A stretch of DNA of 62,440 nt, the filler included, from Choristocarpus tenellus KU-1152 (taxonomy: Eukaryota; Protista; Phaeophyceae), in NCBI GenBank assembly GCA_964200185.2. It is 12 parts of 12 records of this genome, joined end to end, with 100 filler letters (N's around TTAATTAATTAA, not from the genome) between each part and the next. Parts side by side here need not be neighbours in the genome. Positions count along the whole stretch, not along the records: positions 10,769 to 21,834 come from CAXNAD020002525.1; positions 21,935 to 28,719 come from CAXNAD020007356.1; 10 more parts are not named here. One strand, written 5' to 3'. The stretch's first letter is position 1. Each line of letters starts with the position of its first letter. Under the pieces are notes generated by a model. That model saw only the letters and a program-made list of their open reading frames with translations, did no database searches and had not been told where the DNA came from. The position numbers and the translations under genes were made by a program. Positions 11,290 to 24,313 of the stretch are shown here, piece after piece.

Positions 11290-14153
11290 TATCCCAACCA
11301 GGGAAGTGATCCAATCATTAGAGCCCCACTGAATAGAGCAGCCTTGCACAAAGAATTAGTTCTTAATTTACCCTCTCTGCACGCCCTGATCCCAGCTGCC
11401 ATTCTAAGAAGACAAAGTCCGCCTCACTGGGTTTCTCACCTCAAACATCCTCTTCTCAGTCTGCCTCACACAAGCTATGGCCTCGTCCCTTTCCCTCTTT
11501 GCAGTGACCCAAGCTGGTGTAAGGGCCTCCATAGCATCTCCCTTCGCTTCTTTCCACTCTTGCTTAGCCATCGCCAGAGCAGTCGTCGCGTACCTGGGAA
11601 AGTTCGGAAATGCAGTATGAGGAGAGTGGAAAATATTGGTACAGGAGACATTGGGAAGGTTGTGGACTAATTATACATATATATATATATATATATGGGG
11701 AGGTTGCGCAAGAGATGTATGTAACATCAGCTGCCCAAATTCTTCTTTTCATTGAGTGCCCGTGTGGTTGAGCGCCCTCCTCAACTGTCATGCTTCATCA
11801 GTGGTGGTCTTATGGTATGATCGTTCCTCATATCTGCCATGATCACACGACTACCTTCACTCTGAAGAGTCTTCATATCACTCACGTACCCAAACAGCAC
11901 ACACAAGATTCTTTGTTCTGCACTCAAGGCACCCCAATTGACACTCACAGAGAAAATACTTCAACATATATATCGTTTGGGGGAAGGTGTTGCTTTCACT
12001 GCAGCTGCGAGGAAAGTCTTGTGGTATCATGCAGTTATAATCTCAGCAACAGACCCCCTCCCCAGTACTATTCTCTGCTCCTGCAGGTACTGAATTTCTA
12101 GGGCTTCTTGCAGAGGTATATACATTAGTTCAGTATCCATCAACAGTCAGGCTGAACAAGGGAGATATCAAGTCCAAGCATGGCAAATGCACGCAGCAGC
12201 AATCACCTCGGAAATTTTTCAATCAATATACTCCAGCCCATCATATTCATTGCAACCAACAAGGTGTATTTCCCATTGCCTGGGAAACAAAGGGATTGGC
12301 TACAGCAGAAGAAATGATAATTCACTCCTCACTTCTTGGTCACATTAACTGGATTGTGATCCTCTCTCCTGGAGATGATGGCTTTTTTCTCCTTGAGCCT
12401 GGACACTCCCTGCAGATTTTCCAAGGTCTTCTGGAATTCCTCTTCCTTCTTTAATCGCTTTTGCTTCTCCTGCCCCCCCCCCCCCCCCCCCCCCCCCCCG
12501 ACGCCACTACCCCACCAAACACCATTATACTAATTTTCTTTTTTCTATTATTTTCANNNNNNNNNNTCCTCCTCCTTCTTTAATCGCTTTTCCTTCTCCC
12601 CCCCCCCCCCCCCCCCAACGACCAATAGGAAGCATCAGCACAGAATACCATGATAATTACTTTCTTGTGTCTACTACTAATAGCATAATTGCACTATGCT
12701 AGTGTATCATGAATCACAGCAGTACCCTAGTTTGAGGGACTGGGAGTGTGCCTGTTCAACATATTTCTCTGCTACAAGTGAATGAAGTATGTTGGAGTCA
12801 GGCGATCAAAAGGAACAGATATAAACAATGGGCACCTATGACCAATCATCAGAGAAGAAAGTTCTATATCACGAGGCACAATCTTAACAAAAAAAAGTAC
12901 TTGCAAGAAGTACAGTGTAATTTGTATCACATTGTCAAGTGAATCGCTGCTTGTTGATGGCACCATTTTCTTGTGATGATGAATTGGTGCATATATGTAG
13001 TCGAATTTAAATTAAGCACAAAGATCTCTACGGCTCCGTAACCAGTTGGCACTACAATGCAGTTTCACATATTTCTATGGTCTCCTCAAACCCAGGATCA
13101 AATGCTGTGGAGCAAAGGAAACAATTTCCGCAGAAGTGTTGCAGAAGAAAGAAGGGATGTAATAAGGAAAGGGGACTCCGATATAGCAATAAAGGTTCAG
13201 GTGTGTGTACCTATATCTGTTTTAGAAACATCAATTCCTATAATGAAAGAGAAACAGGTCCTAGGTTCAACAATGGGAATTCCACTCACTGGGATTCAAG
13301 TTTGGAGCGCTGCAATGACAGAAAAATGCAAGAACAATAACAAATTGGCCACATATGCAGGTACAATCCTGTACTATATAGTACATGCCAATACAGTTAC
13401 CAAGTAGGTTTGGTCATTACAGGTTTTGTGTAATGCCAAGCATCGATAGAATATTTTACTTCAACTGCCACTCATGTATTTCACCACTCGCATGAGTTCG
13501 ACTGCAAAGATCTACAATATGCTGTTGATCAAGGCAGATACTCAACTACAATTTGGAAGCACAACAAGAAGAAAAGATGGAAGAAAATGAACAAGTCACA
13601 TACACAGGCACATCCCTAAGCTTCGACACACGCCAGCACCACTACCAAGAAGGTATAGCTATGGCAAAGCTTGGTATAGTTCTTGACTCCATTGTTACGC
13701 ATGACCAGATGGATATGATCTATCCACAAAAGATGGTACTATCAGCTAGGCAAGAAAGTGGAAGTGTCGAATACAACACATGCTCGTTCATGATGTCTCC
13801 ATCATGGAATTTCACTTTTCAGGACTAAAGCATGTCCTGAAGATAAGTACTAGAGAAGGACATTGCAGAGTACTTTGCACCCTCAGTTTCAGAGGGAGGG
13901 TCAAAATAATGCCTTCTGTTGTGCTAAACTTGCCAAGGCTTTTTCATCACAAACAGGTAGTTGCAATTCAAGGTACAGCGGAGATGGATACGAGGGTGGA
14001 TATGGATTATAACATTACCTTCTTTCGCTCTATCTCCTCTTTGAACGCCTCCATAATTTGTTCCTCAGTCATTTCGCCATTCATGTCCCACAGATCGTCG
14101 TTGGAATCTGTGTCAGAGTCGAAGACTTCATCGTCCCCCGTCATCGTCTCCAT
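10870..14153 (-). CDS. Acidic/coiled-coil protein entering an ATRX-like ADD zinc finger (5' part, 4 exons)
   Basis: Exons 14153-14019 (ATG in gcaacaATGG), 12469-12333, 11593-11440 and 11082-10870 have GT/AG ends and phases 0, 2, 0. The last exon ends RCEKCDQRITVYHHPALDIE, resembling the ADD start C..C...Y.HP.L. The gene runs off the contig, and the ADD call is tentative. Confidence 0.7.
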
Positions 14154-15016
14154 TGTTGCCCCAGCCGAACCCCTACTAATGCAATCCTCTTGATCTTTTT
14201 TTCTTCGATCTCCTGCACTACCCCTAGCCAGTTCGGACTGCAAATGTGTCGGTGGAGCTAAAGATCGTTAGGTATATGAAGGTGTGGGTGCTGCCGACTT
14301 ACAACCTGGGGATGTTATACAATATAAAAGGTAAAATTCCCCCTTGAAAAAATAGCCCTTCTGGTATTCGACAGGCGAAAAAATGCACAAAATAAAAACC
14401 TGCGGAAATACAAACACCTACATAAAAATGTCACAATCTAGATGTAGGGACCAGAAACGGGAGACGAGAACGCAACAATGAAAGAAGTACACACGCCAGA
14501 AAAAAATGTAGATGTCTTATTCTTACCATATTGGTCGGATTGACTTGTGCAATTTTGAAAGAGATAGTGCCCGACGCGAGTATGACTTGCTTCCTCAATT
14601 CGCCTGGGACGATATTATTTCCAACAAGGTCATTACACGTGTACAAACTTGGTTGAATTCTATTGTAGAAGTAGTGAAGGTGGGTTGACAACCTAGAAAA
14701 TATTCGGTTACGTTTGTGACGTACTAACTACTACGTATGTATTTGAGTGAAAATATATATTTTTCCAAATTATCCTATACATAATATCAAAATCATATTT
14801 TATTCTTAGAAGTATCATATATATAGGAGTTAGTAAGTGTTGTGGTGACGGAGAGAAAATATGATAAATAATTGGGTTGCCTTCTTTGTATTGAAAAGTA
14901 GGTAACCAAACACAGTAGTACTTGAGGGGGTGAGGCAGAGGAGTGCAGAGGGACACTTAAGCCCGTTCGAAAGGGAAACGTGTTTGGCACACTGTGCAAA
15001 CTAACGGGAAGAGCCC

Positions 15017-18000
15017 ATGGAGGTAGATGCTGAGAGTTCGTCATTCCGCACCACAGCATCCAAACCACAAGTTTGTCCAGAAGATTCGGTTGATGAGGCT
15101 GTTGGGGACGAATCCGTCTTTGCCCTCGTCCCAGACGCGGGAGGTTCACATCGGCACTGTATCGATCTTAAGGAGGGCCTGAATGAGGTAGGTTCTTCTT
15201 GGTCAGAGTGCGACATCGGTTTGTAGATACACCGCTAAAGCTTTGGTTGCAGCAACTCTCGTAACAAAACTGCACTGTACACTCCATTGATGTTCGAGGT
15301 GCTCATAAAATCTTCATTGATTGGGAGGAGATTGCTTTCATTGAAAGCTTCGAGATTCTAAACGAGCTTTCGCTCTCCCAGTTCGCTCTTTGAGAAAGGC
15401 TGGCATAACTCCTTTCAAGCCTTCGTTGGCCTCGGTGTTAGTTGACCAATATGTGTATGTTCGTGTCGACATCGGATCTATGTGGACACTTCTCGATGTC
15501 AAAAGTACCTTTGTTTCAGAAGAAAGAGTAGCACAACTAATGACCGTATGTGCCCAATATATCGGGGAGAAAAGACCAAGGGCGACCAAAATATTGACGT
15601 GCCCTTTCTGGATTCACAGGTAGGGAGAAGTAGAGCATCGGGTATAAGAGACCACCACATCTCTCGGAGACACGTCCAAGTCGTCGTTCCTCCACGAGAA
15701 GACGGACAGGAGCCGGAAGGTGAAAACCGCCATGTACGCTTCAGAAATGCTGCAAATAGACTGGGGTTCGCGTTGCATCCAGTTTGTACAAATAAATGTA
15801 ATGTGCAACTTTCTCTCGTCTGTCGATCAACCGGCTTTGGAATTTTCGCCTAATTTGTGCGAAAGACATAAGAGATGTACAGCAACAGCCTAGACTTGAA
15901 TTGGCGACCAGTCTGGTGAAAGAAGTGTAACATGCAAGATTGGCACAAGGACTTCGAGAATCCGTTATGGTATTGTCAAAAAGAGGTGCTGAGTAGGGTG
16001 GGGATAATGTAGGAGTGAAGGTGAAATAATCCTGTTGAAAGTGCAAACCTCTGCTGCATACACCATACCAGGTGTTGTCATGAGCCATACCAATTGTTAC
16101 GCTGTGTGCATTTGGGGAAGCAATGCATACCCCTCTCCAAACCGCTTTTTTTACCCAGTGTACACATGGGTGACGCAGGCACTTGACCTTTTCCCTTGAT
16201 TTATCACTCATACGCCAACAACTTAATTATTAAAGCAAATGCTTCCCACCCCCCACCCCCTTTCACGTGAATACAAAAGAAACAGGCTCTTGCAGGATTA
16301 GATATGTCGGCAGGAACTGCAGGTTGGTCACTGTTGGTGGGGAGCTATTACATTACCAGCAAGAAGTAGAGGCTTGTGCAGGGACGAGTGTGATCCTTAA
16401 CTTTAATGCTAAGGTATGGTGTGCCTGGTCTAGATAGCTCTTGCCTTTGTAGGAGTTGATGCGCCTTATTGCTGCTGCTTGATAGAGCATTTTTTTTTTG
16501 TGAATCTGTTAAGGATTTCTACTTGAGAGTTCAGTTGTTTGGGGCACCTGAACTCCTGCTCAACTGCAAGGATGATCACAAGGACAGGGCTGTCCAATCA
16601 GCTAGAGCTGTAATTCCTGATGTAGTGTCATCCCCTCACAGCAGTTGTATAGCATACTTGTTATTCCCCCCGACACAGAGGTGGTCCGCATCTTGTGTAT
16701 GGTAATTGTTGGATGCCTTTAAATATCTACTCAGAAAACTGTTTCCAAGTGATGAACTTGGGAATGGTGATTTCGTTATATATATAGCCTTTGTATTAAT
16801 TGATTGTAGAGCTCAGTAAATGTGCCAGTCATTAATTAGCCTGACTTCCACCCATATCACTAAACACCTTTTTCTCTGCTTCTCCAGCCTGCTGCCTCCC
16901 TCATTGGTTCTGACTCCCCAACTCAGCCTGATTCTGCCTACTCACCCTCCTGACTCCCCACATTATCGTGAACAAGGGACCACCGTCTCCTCCCCCCCAA
17001 ACTGAACCTCCACCTCCCCCTCTAATTGACCGGCTGAGCCATACCTCACTTATCTCACCCCGTGATAAAACAAACCTTGCGGCTCCAATCCTACCCTTGA
17101 ACTAACTCCAAACTTGTATTCTGTACCATCTCCATTCCCTTCAACCTCCTGCATATAATCCCTTCCCTCCCCTCCTCTGCTGCCACTACTATCACCCCTT
17201 CCATTGGGCTGTTGCGGTCTTCTCAGGGAAACCCAATGTACTCATACACACTGCAGAAGGTAGATAGAGCATGGGCAACACGGTTGAGGCATGGTGATAC
17301 GGGGCGTAGGCGGAATGCCGCAGGGTGGTGTTCGGGAAGAAGCGTTAAAGGCTTCAGAAAGGAGCACCAGGAGAAGGTAAAGGCAGCCAGCCCCAGCAAA
17401 TACCATACTCTGGATAAGGCCGAACCTGCGCCTTCTTGAGCGCTCTTTTTGACTTGCTCGCGTTATGTAATTTACAAGCCTTGTAAGGCCGGACCAACAT
17501 GTGCCACCACATAGGTTTACAACATTCCTCTTGACATCGTGTGCTCTGTTCTTTATGGCAGAGGACTAGGCCCTTTAGCCAGAGAAGAGGCAGGAAAGTC
17601 TGCATTTTTTTTTTATGGGAACAGATTGGATTGTTCCTTCGTGGTCTCGAGTGGTGACTTGCTAGAACTGTTCATGGTCTTTCATCTACCGGGCGAGGTT
17701 ATGTTCATGGCAGGTAGTGGTATTACTACAACTGTTCTGGACAAGAGGACAGGAGTGTGGTTTTACTTCAAAGTAGCCAGTGCATAATGTGCTTTTTTTC
17801 TGATTTTCATACAGGATACTCCACTCAAATTTGTCCCAGCTTGGACAGAAACAGACCTGATTGTTTTTGACATTACTACCAGCTCCTTGCGTCGGCCCCT
17901 GCCTCTCCATTTATTTTTTTTCTGGCAGTTTTCTTGAGGTGTAGGGAGATGCCATTGTTTTCCCCTTGGAGTATACAGGTGTACATTTTGAGTGCTATTG

Positions 18001-21000
18001 TGAAATAGTATTAGAATATTGTTGTTACAATACCAGATTGATCTGCAATGTCTCACATGTATATTCCTCTATTTTGGACTTTCAAGTTGAGGTCACAGTC
18101 CCCCTCTCCCACTCCCCTCCCCCTTGATCCTTTTCTCACACACCCATATTGTGCTGGAGGTAATAGTTTTCATTTGTTGTAATGACTGCCATGGCCATAA
18201 TGAGAATTTGTAGATGTTTGACTGGGACAAATGGCGAACATCAAAATCTGTCAGAAAGTAACTAGGTGGTGATTGAAGATATCTGTACTGTACATAACTC
18301 CAGTCTCTCTTGAGAGAGTCACAATGAAGCTCCTCACTGAAGCGTCCCTTCTATCGGGGAAAAGGGATGGAAAAGAGGGGAGACCTTGTTGGCAACTCTC
18401 CCAATTATATCATTGACAGGTTGGAAGGGAGGGGCGTAAATTGCTTTAGTCAAGAATATTGCATTTCAGTGTATATACTACAGCACTTTGAGTGTTCTTT
18501 GTGCTGTCTAACTGCTGGCTTGAACTACCCGGTCTATTTATTACATACACAACGCAGATAGTGCTATCTCTATCACCCCATCCTAAAAATCTTGCATGTA
18601 TATAGGTAGCATTATGAGGTACACATTAATTGTTGAGCACCCCCTGAACTATGCGATGTGAGGCATAGTTCACAACTCTCTTCCGTTTTTGGTGCGAGGG
18701 ATGTAGAGCATTATTGATACCTTCACATGCTGGGTCACTGAAGAGGAGGGTGTACAGATGCGTGCTGTTAGTGATGTACACACACACCCATAAGTACAAC
18801 AGCTTTATGTGCTCAATTCTGAGAAGAGGGTCAGATTATTTTTGGGGGAGATGGAGATAATGCAAGGTTCATAGATTATGTTGTACTGTAACTGCAACAA
18901 GTGTAGCATGAAAACCTGCACATTTTGTCCGAATGAGTGAATGCTTTGTTAGGTATCAGCTGGGCTTACATCTTGTGTCGGGTGTTGTAGCATACTTCTT
19001 GGTTCTATACTGCTATTGAGAAGGTTATTTTCATTAGGAGTAGTGTCCTGTTCTCCCACTGTAGCTCAGTAGCCACATCTCAATGGGTTTTGTGTGGCAC
19101 AACCTATACTAGAGGGTGCTAATAGTTGTATCATTCAACAGCACAGTATTGGAGTTTATTGCCCTGTACAGTACTTCGCGGATTCTGACTGTATTACCCC
19201 ATGTATGAAATTATGCAGAGGTAAGGCCCCTCCACTATCCTTACTTTTGTGCTCTTAGATGGTTCTACACTTGGGTGTCATTGATGCGAGATGGAGATGA
19301 ATGGTGCAGTGTACAGAGCTACCTTGCCCTGGTTATTTTTTACTATGGTCATGTACTGATTTTGAAGGATAGAATGCAACTCCCCTTGAGTGGTGCTGGG
19401 CGCACATTATTGCGTAAGGGTTAGGGAGGAGTGGGGGGCAGTAGTTGGCAGTACCTGTTTTTGCCATCTGGGTGGCCTGCGTAATTGAAAAAAGAAAAAT
19501 TGTGAGGTCAATTCAATGGGTATTGGTGTAGCAGTTGAGGATACTGAACCAGATTCCAGTTACTCGGTTCCTGTCATGTCTCTTTTTCTCACTGCCTTTT
19601 GTTCTCTCTGCCCTTGTAACTGTCATGAATGCCGAATACTTTCTGCCATCACTTTTCCCTCAGCTGAAAAAGGAAAGAGAAGAGATTTTCAGGAAGTTTG
19701 AAGACCTGAGGTTCTGAACAGTGGAGCTTTGGGTGGGTTGGTGAGGGTCTTGACCAGTTTTTTTTAGTACAAGGGCAGGGATTCAGAGTTGCAACTTGTC
19801 TCGCTGTGAGCCATGGCAGAAAGATGCTGAACCTGATGTACCCCCCCTTCTTCATTCTGAGAATTATTGTGTATCAAATATACGTTGAACAACTAGTTAT
19901 CATTCAGGTAGAGATCTGGGGGCAGAGAGGAGAGGCTCTTGGGATTAGGCAGAATGACTTTGTGCATGGTGGTGTATGTATGTCTTACTTGGGGATGCGT
20001 TATGTGCTCATATCAAAACAAAGACTGTCTGCAGAAGTGATTCATAAGAAGAAGGGTAGAGGAATATTATTGGAGGTCAAACGTTTACCAAGTTAATTGT
20101 GCTATCCAAGGAAGTGTAAGAGAGGTGAATGTGGGTTGGAGGGAAGACTTACAGCGCAAGACCTCTGTGCTCAGTACCTGCCCTGTGGTAGAACCATGAT
20201 ACATATTTCTACATTTATCTCCTTTACTCCTGAAGGAGTGGGAAGATACGGGGTGTTCGTATCCTGATCTAGTTTTTCCTTTGCTGCCTCTATTTTCCAG
20301 GATAGGTTTAATGTTGTGACTGTGTGTGGTAGGGCTGCTTGCTGTTCCCACCTTCCTTCTGATGAAGTATGCATGGCTCCCTACCTAGCACTGTTGTGTT
20401 GAAACTTTGGCGTCACATCTCAGCCTGCTGCTGTTGTGGAAGTTCACATCTAATCGCTAGTCGATTCCCACTTGTAGGGCAGCAATTGTTCTCAACTTTG
20501 TTTTCACTGAGTTGTGTCAAGTGCTTGTCGTGTTTGGCCACCCTAAGCCAGGGGCAGTTGCCCGATCTTCGCAGCACACTTGGCTGCCAAAACTGGGTGC
20601 ATACGTGGCATTGTTGAATTTCTGGAGCAGTTAAGGTGGTGGTGTTCGTAGTACACGAGTGATAGTGTGGGAGGGAGGTTGCGACACTTCAGAGTTTGTT
20701 TTGGTGACTTTGTTATTGAGGTGTAACTGTTGAGGTATTGCTGAGTTGTTCAGCATGAGGGCTTACCACATGGCATACGTCTGTACCCTGCCAATATTTG
20801 TTGACCATTTTGTGGTGTATAGAGAGAGCCTGTTGTTCTTGTTGTTGTAGCACACCCCTTTTTTTTATAACCAATGCTTTGCTTTGCTTGTGTTCATCTG
20901 ATTGGTTGGATTGTATCTGCATGCTGTTTAGATTTGGATTGTGAAGGGTGCGGCCTTCTCACATGTTGGAGGACTTGCCCCACTGGCAGTACAAGTGCAA

Positions 21001-21026
21001 AGAGAGGAAAATATTTGAATCTCAGG
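15017..21026 (+). CDS. N-terminal FHA-domain protein (5' part)
   Basis: Exons 15017-15187, 15620-15719, 16286-16413 and 17227-17376 are in frame. VGR...IRDHHISRRH...VGRN gives the FHA GR / S..H / N motifs. Further in-phase exons at 19664-19710 and 20947-21026 are less certain. Confidence 0.7.
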
Positions 21027-22199
21027 GTGTGTGTTGTATGTATGCGTGACAATTTCTGTGACATTTTTTTTAGCTTTTTTGTGTACTTTGGGATATATTT
21101 GTTGAGTTTTTTTCGAGTCTTTTATTCTTCAGCATTTGGTTCCTCCTCTCACCACTGACCAGAACGTTGGTCCTTGTTGGGTGCACCAATCCCTCTACCA
21201 AAGAGTTGTTCGATCCTTTATTTGAGTACTGATGAGTTGGACAGGCAAGGCAATTTGAGTTCAGTCAAAGCTCAATGAAGTCCTCTGCGCATAGCTGCAG
21301 TGGTGGTATATTATTGTTAGAGTAGCTGGCATCATGCTCTGAAACGGCACAATGTAGATACACAGTGTCATAGAACAAAGTGTTAAAAGACAAATGACTC
21401 ATTTCAGAAAATCGCTAGTGAAACCCAAGAATACCCACTCTGTTCTTATTTTATATCTTAAACTCCATTTCGAACACATTATTTGGACTACTGCTACAGT
21501 TAATACATGCCTCTCAAACTCCCCATCTCCCCACACGATTTGGCGTGAGGCGGAATAAATGACACGCTCTGCTGTTAGTATTCTTTTGGGATCTATTTTG
21601 TTCCTCTTGTGATTGGCTTGGGCTGCTCGTAGCATGTAACAGCCTCTCGGCAAAATTGAGGATGGAGCATTCATGGAGGTTGAGTTTGACCCAAAAGGGT
21701 GCGCGGAAAGTGCCCATAAGTTTTTTTTTGTAAAGGTTGCGGCACTTTTTAAGGGCCCCTTTTTGAATGGGATATATTATTGTTGAAAAAGGTTTCGGTG
21801 CTTGTTGTGGAGGGCACCGCTACAATTCGGAAGCNNNNNNNNNNNNNNNNNNNNNNNNNNNNNNNNNNNNNNNNNNNNTTAATTAATTAANNNNNNNNNN
21901 NNNNNNNNNNNNNNNNNNNNNNNNNNNNNNNNNNACTCGGTACCACGGTATAACGGTATATGGCATACGAGCAATACGGTATAATAACAGACAAACATGC
22001 TTTCCACACTATACATGTTTGATTTGTGAGGGTGTGCCCCATGTGATCAATGTGTATAACTCAGATTTATGATAATAGGAACGGGTATTGGTTTGTTGGA
22101 CATTGATTTGTGGACCACATGTCGGATTTGATTTGTCTGACGTGTGGAAAGATACAGACCGTTTCACCGCATACCCAAATTAAAGTAATCCTGTCCAGC

Positions 22200-22445
22200 T
22201 GGACCACTCCCAAAATTACTTCTACATGTCCCAGTCCATGTCTACAAGGTCCTGAACCGGTCAATGTCCGCCTGATCCTCTAAGATGTCCTGCTTATGTC
22301 TACTGGGTATTTTACCAGTCCATGTCGACCTGCCGAACTGAGCCAAACATTCTCTACCATGTCCGGACCATGTCTACCGGGTATTGCAATATCTAACCTT
22401 CTCTGATATGGCCGGACCATGTCCACCATCTATTGAACCAGATTC
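22200..22445. repeat. Degenerate tandem repeat built on CATGTCC...CATGTCTAC
   Basis: Motif recurs at about 22224, 22284, 22320, 22358 and 22408. No sustained ORF. Confidence 0.45.
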
Positions 22446-24313
22446 CAATTGTCTAATTTGTTCGGTCACTCCACAATAAAAAATGTGTCGAGAATGCCGA
22501 AGGTTAAGAATGTATGTGTTACAGATAGTACCATCTATCTAATCATCTCTGGACTTACTTTCTTGGTTCAAAATCGTGACAAACTTACCCAGATGTATAT
22601 GTGATGAGAATGCCAGGAGGCATGTATGATAACACCATTCCACAACATGCTGTCAGTGAGAAGGTAGTCATTCTTCCTACACTCGATAGAGACGATACTT
22701 TCTAAAACATGATAATAACTTGATTGAGCGTACGACATATCGATATTGAAAAGTGTTGTTTTCAACGTATTCATATTGTGTACACATATTCTAGACACTC
22801 GACAAGAAAAACATTTGAGGGTTCAAACAGAACAGTGCAGTCACTATCACAAACTCCTAAGTAGTCACCCTGCAAATACTACATGTCATAAACATGACTT
22901 CTGGAGGCGAAGAAGGCTCTCTACTGACACAGTGCGCAGATCATATTGCGCTTTCACATGAGGCTTGAGCTATGCCATATTTTTTGTTCGAGCCACACAA
23001 CACTCAATTTCGCTTAAAATGCAGGGGAAATTAAGGGCTGCTCAAGACCTAGGGACTAGAGCTGTACTAGGTGAGTTGGGATTGCTTGCCTCCAGAAATT
23101 TCGGTCAATCATTTTGTACTTCCTGCCACATTTACACATATCTCTTCATGGATGCAACCTACAACTGTAACACCTGAAGGAGGAGAGTGTGCAGTGTGCT
23201 ACTATGCTCGGTTGTCCTTCACACAACCTTTGCGCAGTAGGGGTGGGATGAAGCGCAAAGGTGCGATAAATCAATAAGAAGGATACAAATATGACAGTGA
23301 GAAGAAAGCAGAAGAGCATGGAAGAAAATAGTTCTTGAATACTCTTTTTTGTTGCCTTCTTGTTGCAAGCCTGACAGGGTTCTCTGGTTTAGAAGTGACA
23401 GAATAGAGACAACAGGCAAGAGGTGTTGGTCCAATTAACTTTCCTCTGGGATATCTCTGTTTCACTGCACTAGCTTTAACTATCTCAGGATACTATTTTG
23501 AGTCAGTACTCAAAAACGTATTGTCATTCCCCTTGTACAGTGCCTGTCATGGTGAAGTTTGGACAACAGATGTAACCTGCTCTTGATCATGATCTGCGAC
23601 CCCTTACCCACGTCACTCCTATTCTGGGAGATAGGGTAGAATGTTATGTCTTGGGTCACTTTGCCTGATAAGTTCTCCTGATTTCAGGAAATATATTTCT
23701 CGTGCACCATTGAGTTATATCAGAGTACAATAAAGCTTGTGAAGTTTGCTCGTTGGATATCCTAACACGTTCTACAATTCCAGCACGTTTGCTGTGGGGT
23801 AGAAATGGGAGCTTCATTCTGACCTGTAACGCTTTGGCACCCTAGATCACTTTAGAACGCCACTGATTGAGATTATGATTAAGGTGCAAGGTTCCCTCAA
23901 GCTTTGAATGTGTTTATTGTATGATTTCGAGGTTTACCCCGATAATTTAATACCTTGGATTTGTACTGCTTTCAGTGCACTTGGCAGTTGCTAGATGGCC
24001 TTTGTCTTCATGCATTCACTCAATTTATTCTCCTCAAAATGGAGGGTAAAGCACTGTAAACCAGATAATCAACTGAATTGCAAAATACTTCCATACAAGG
24101 GAGAGCACCACCCTGCTGACAACAAGGGCTTTATCGTCTGCTGCTATGAGAGGTTTGTAGATGTACTTCTCCTCAAAATTTCCCCTGCCCACCAGGGAGA
24201 AGGGAATGTCAGTATTGAATTCATAGCGATCAGACTTACTTCCAGCCTAAAGGTGACCCTAAAACGTATTTTTGTAGAGGTTAATGCAGTGCTCCTCTTG
24301 AAAGTTGGTGCAG

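Noticed and set aside
12438-12690. Apparent duplication of an exon start around the 10-N gap at 12557-12566
   Set aside because: The two sides look like overlapping low-quality reads through a poly-C tract, i.e. a scaffolding artefact.
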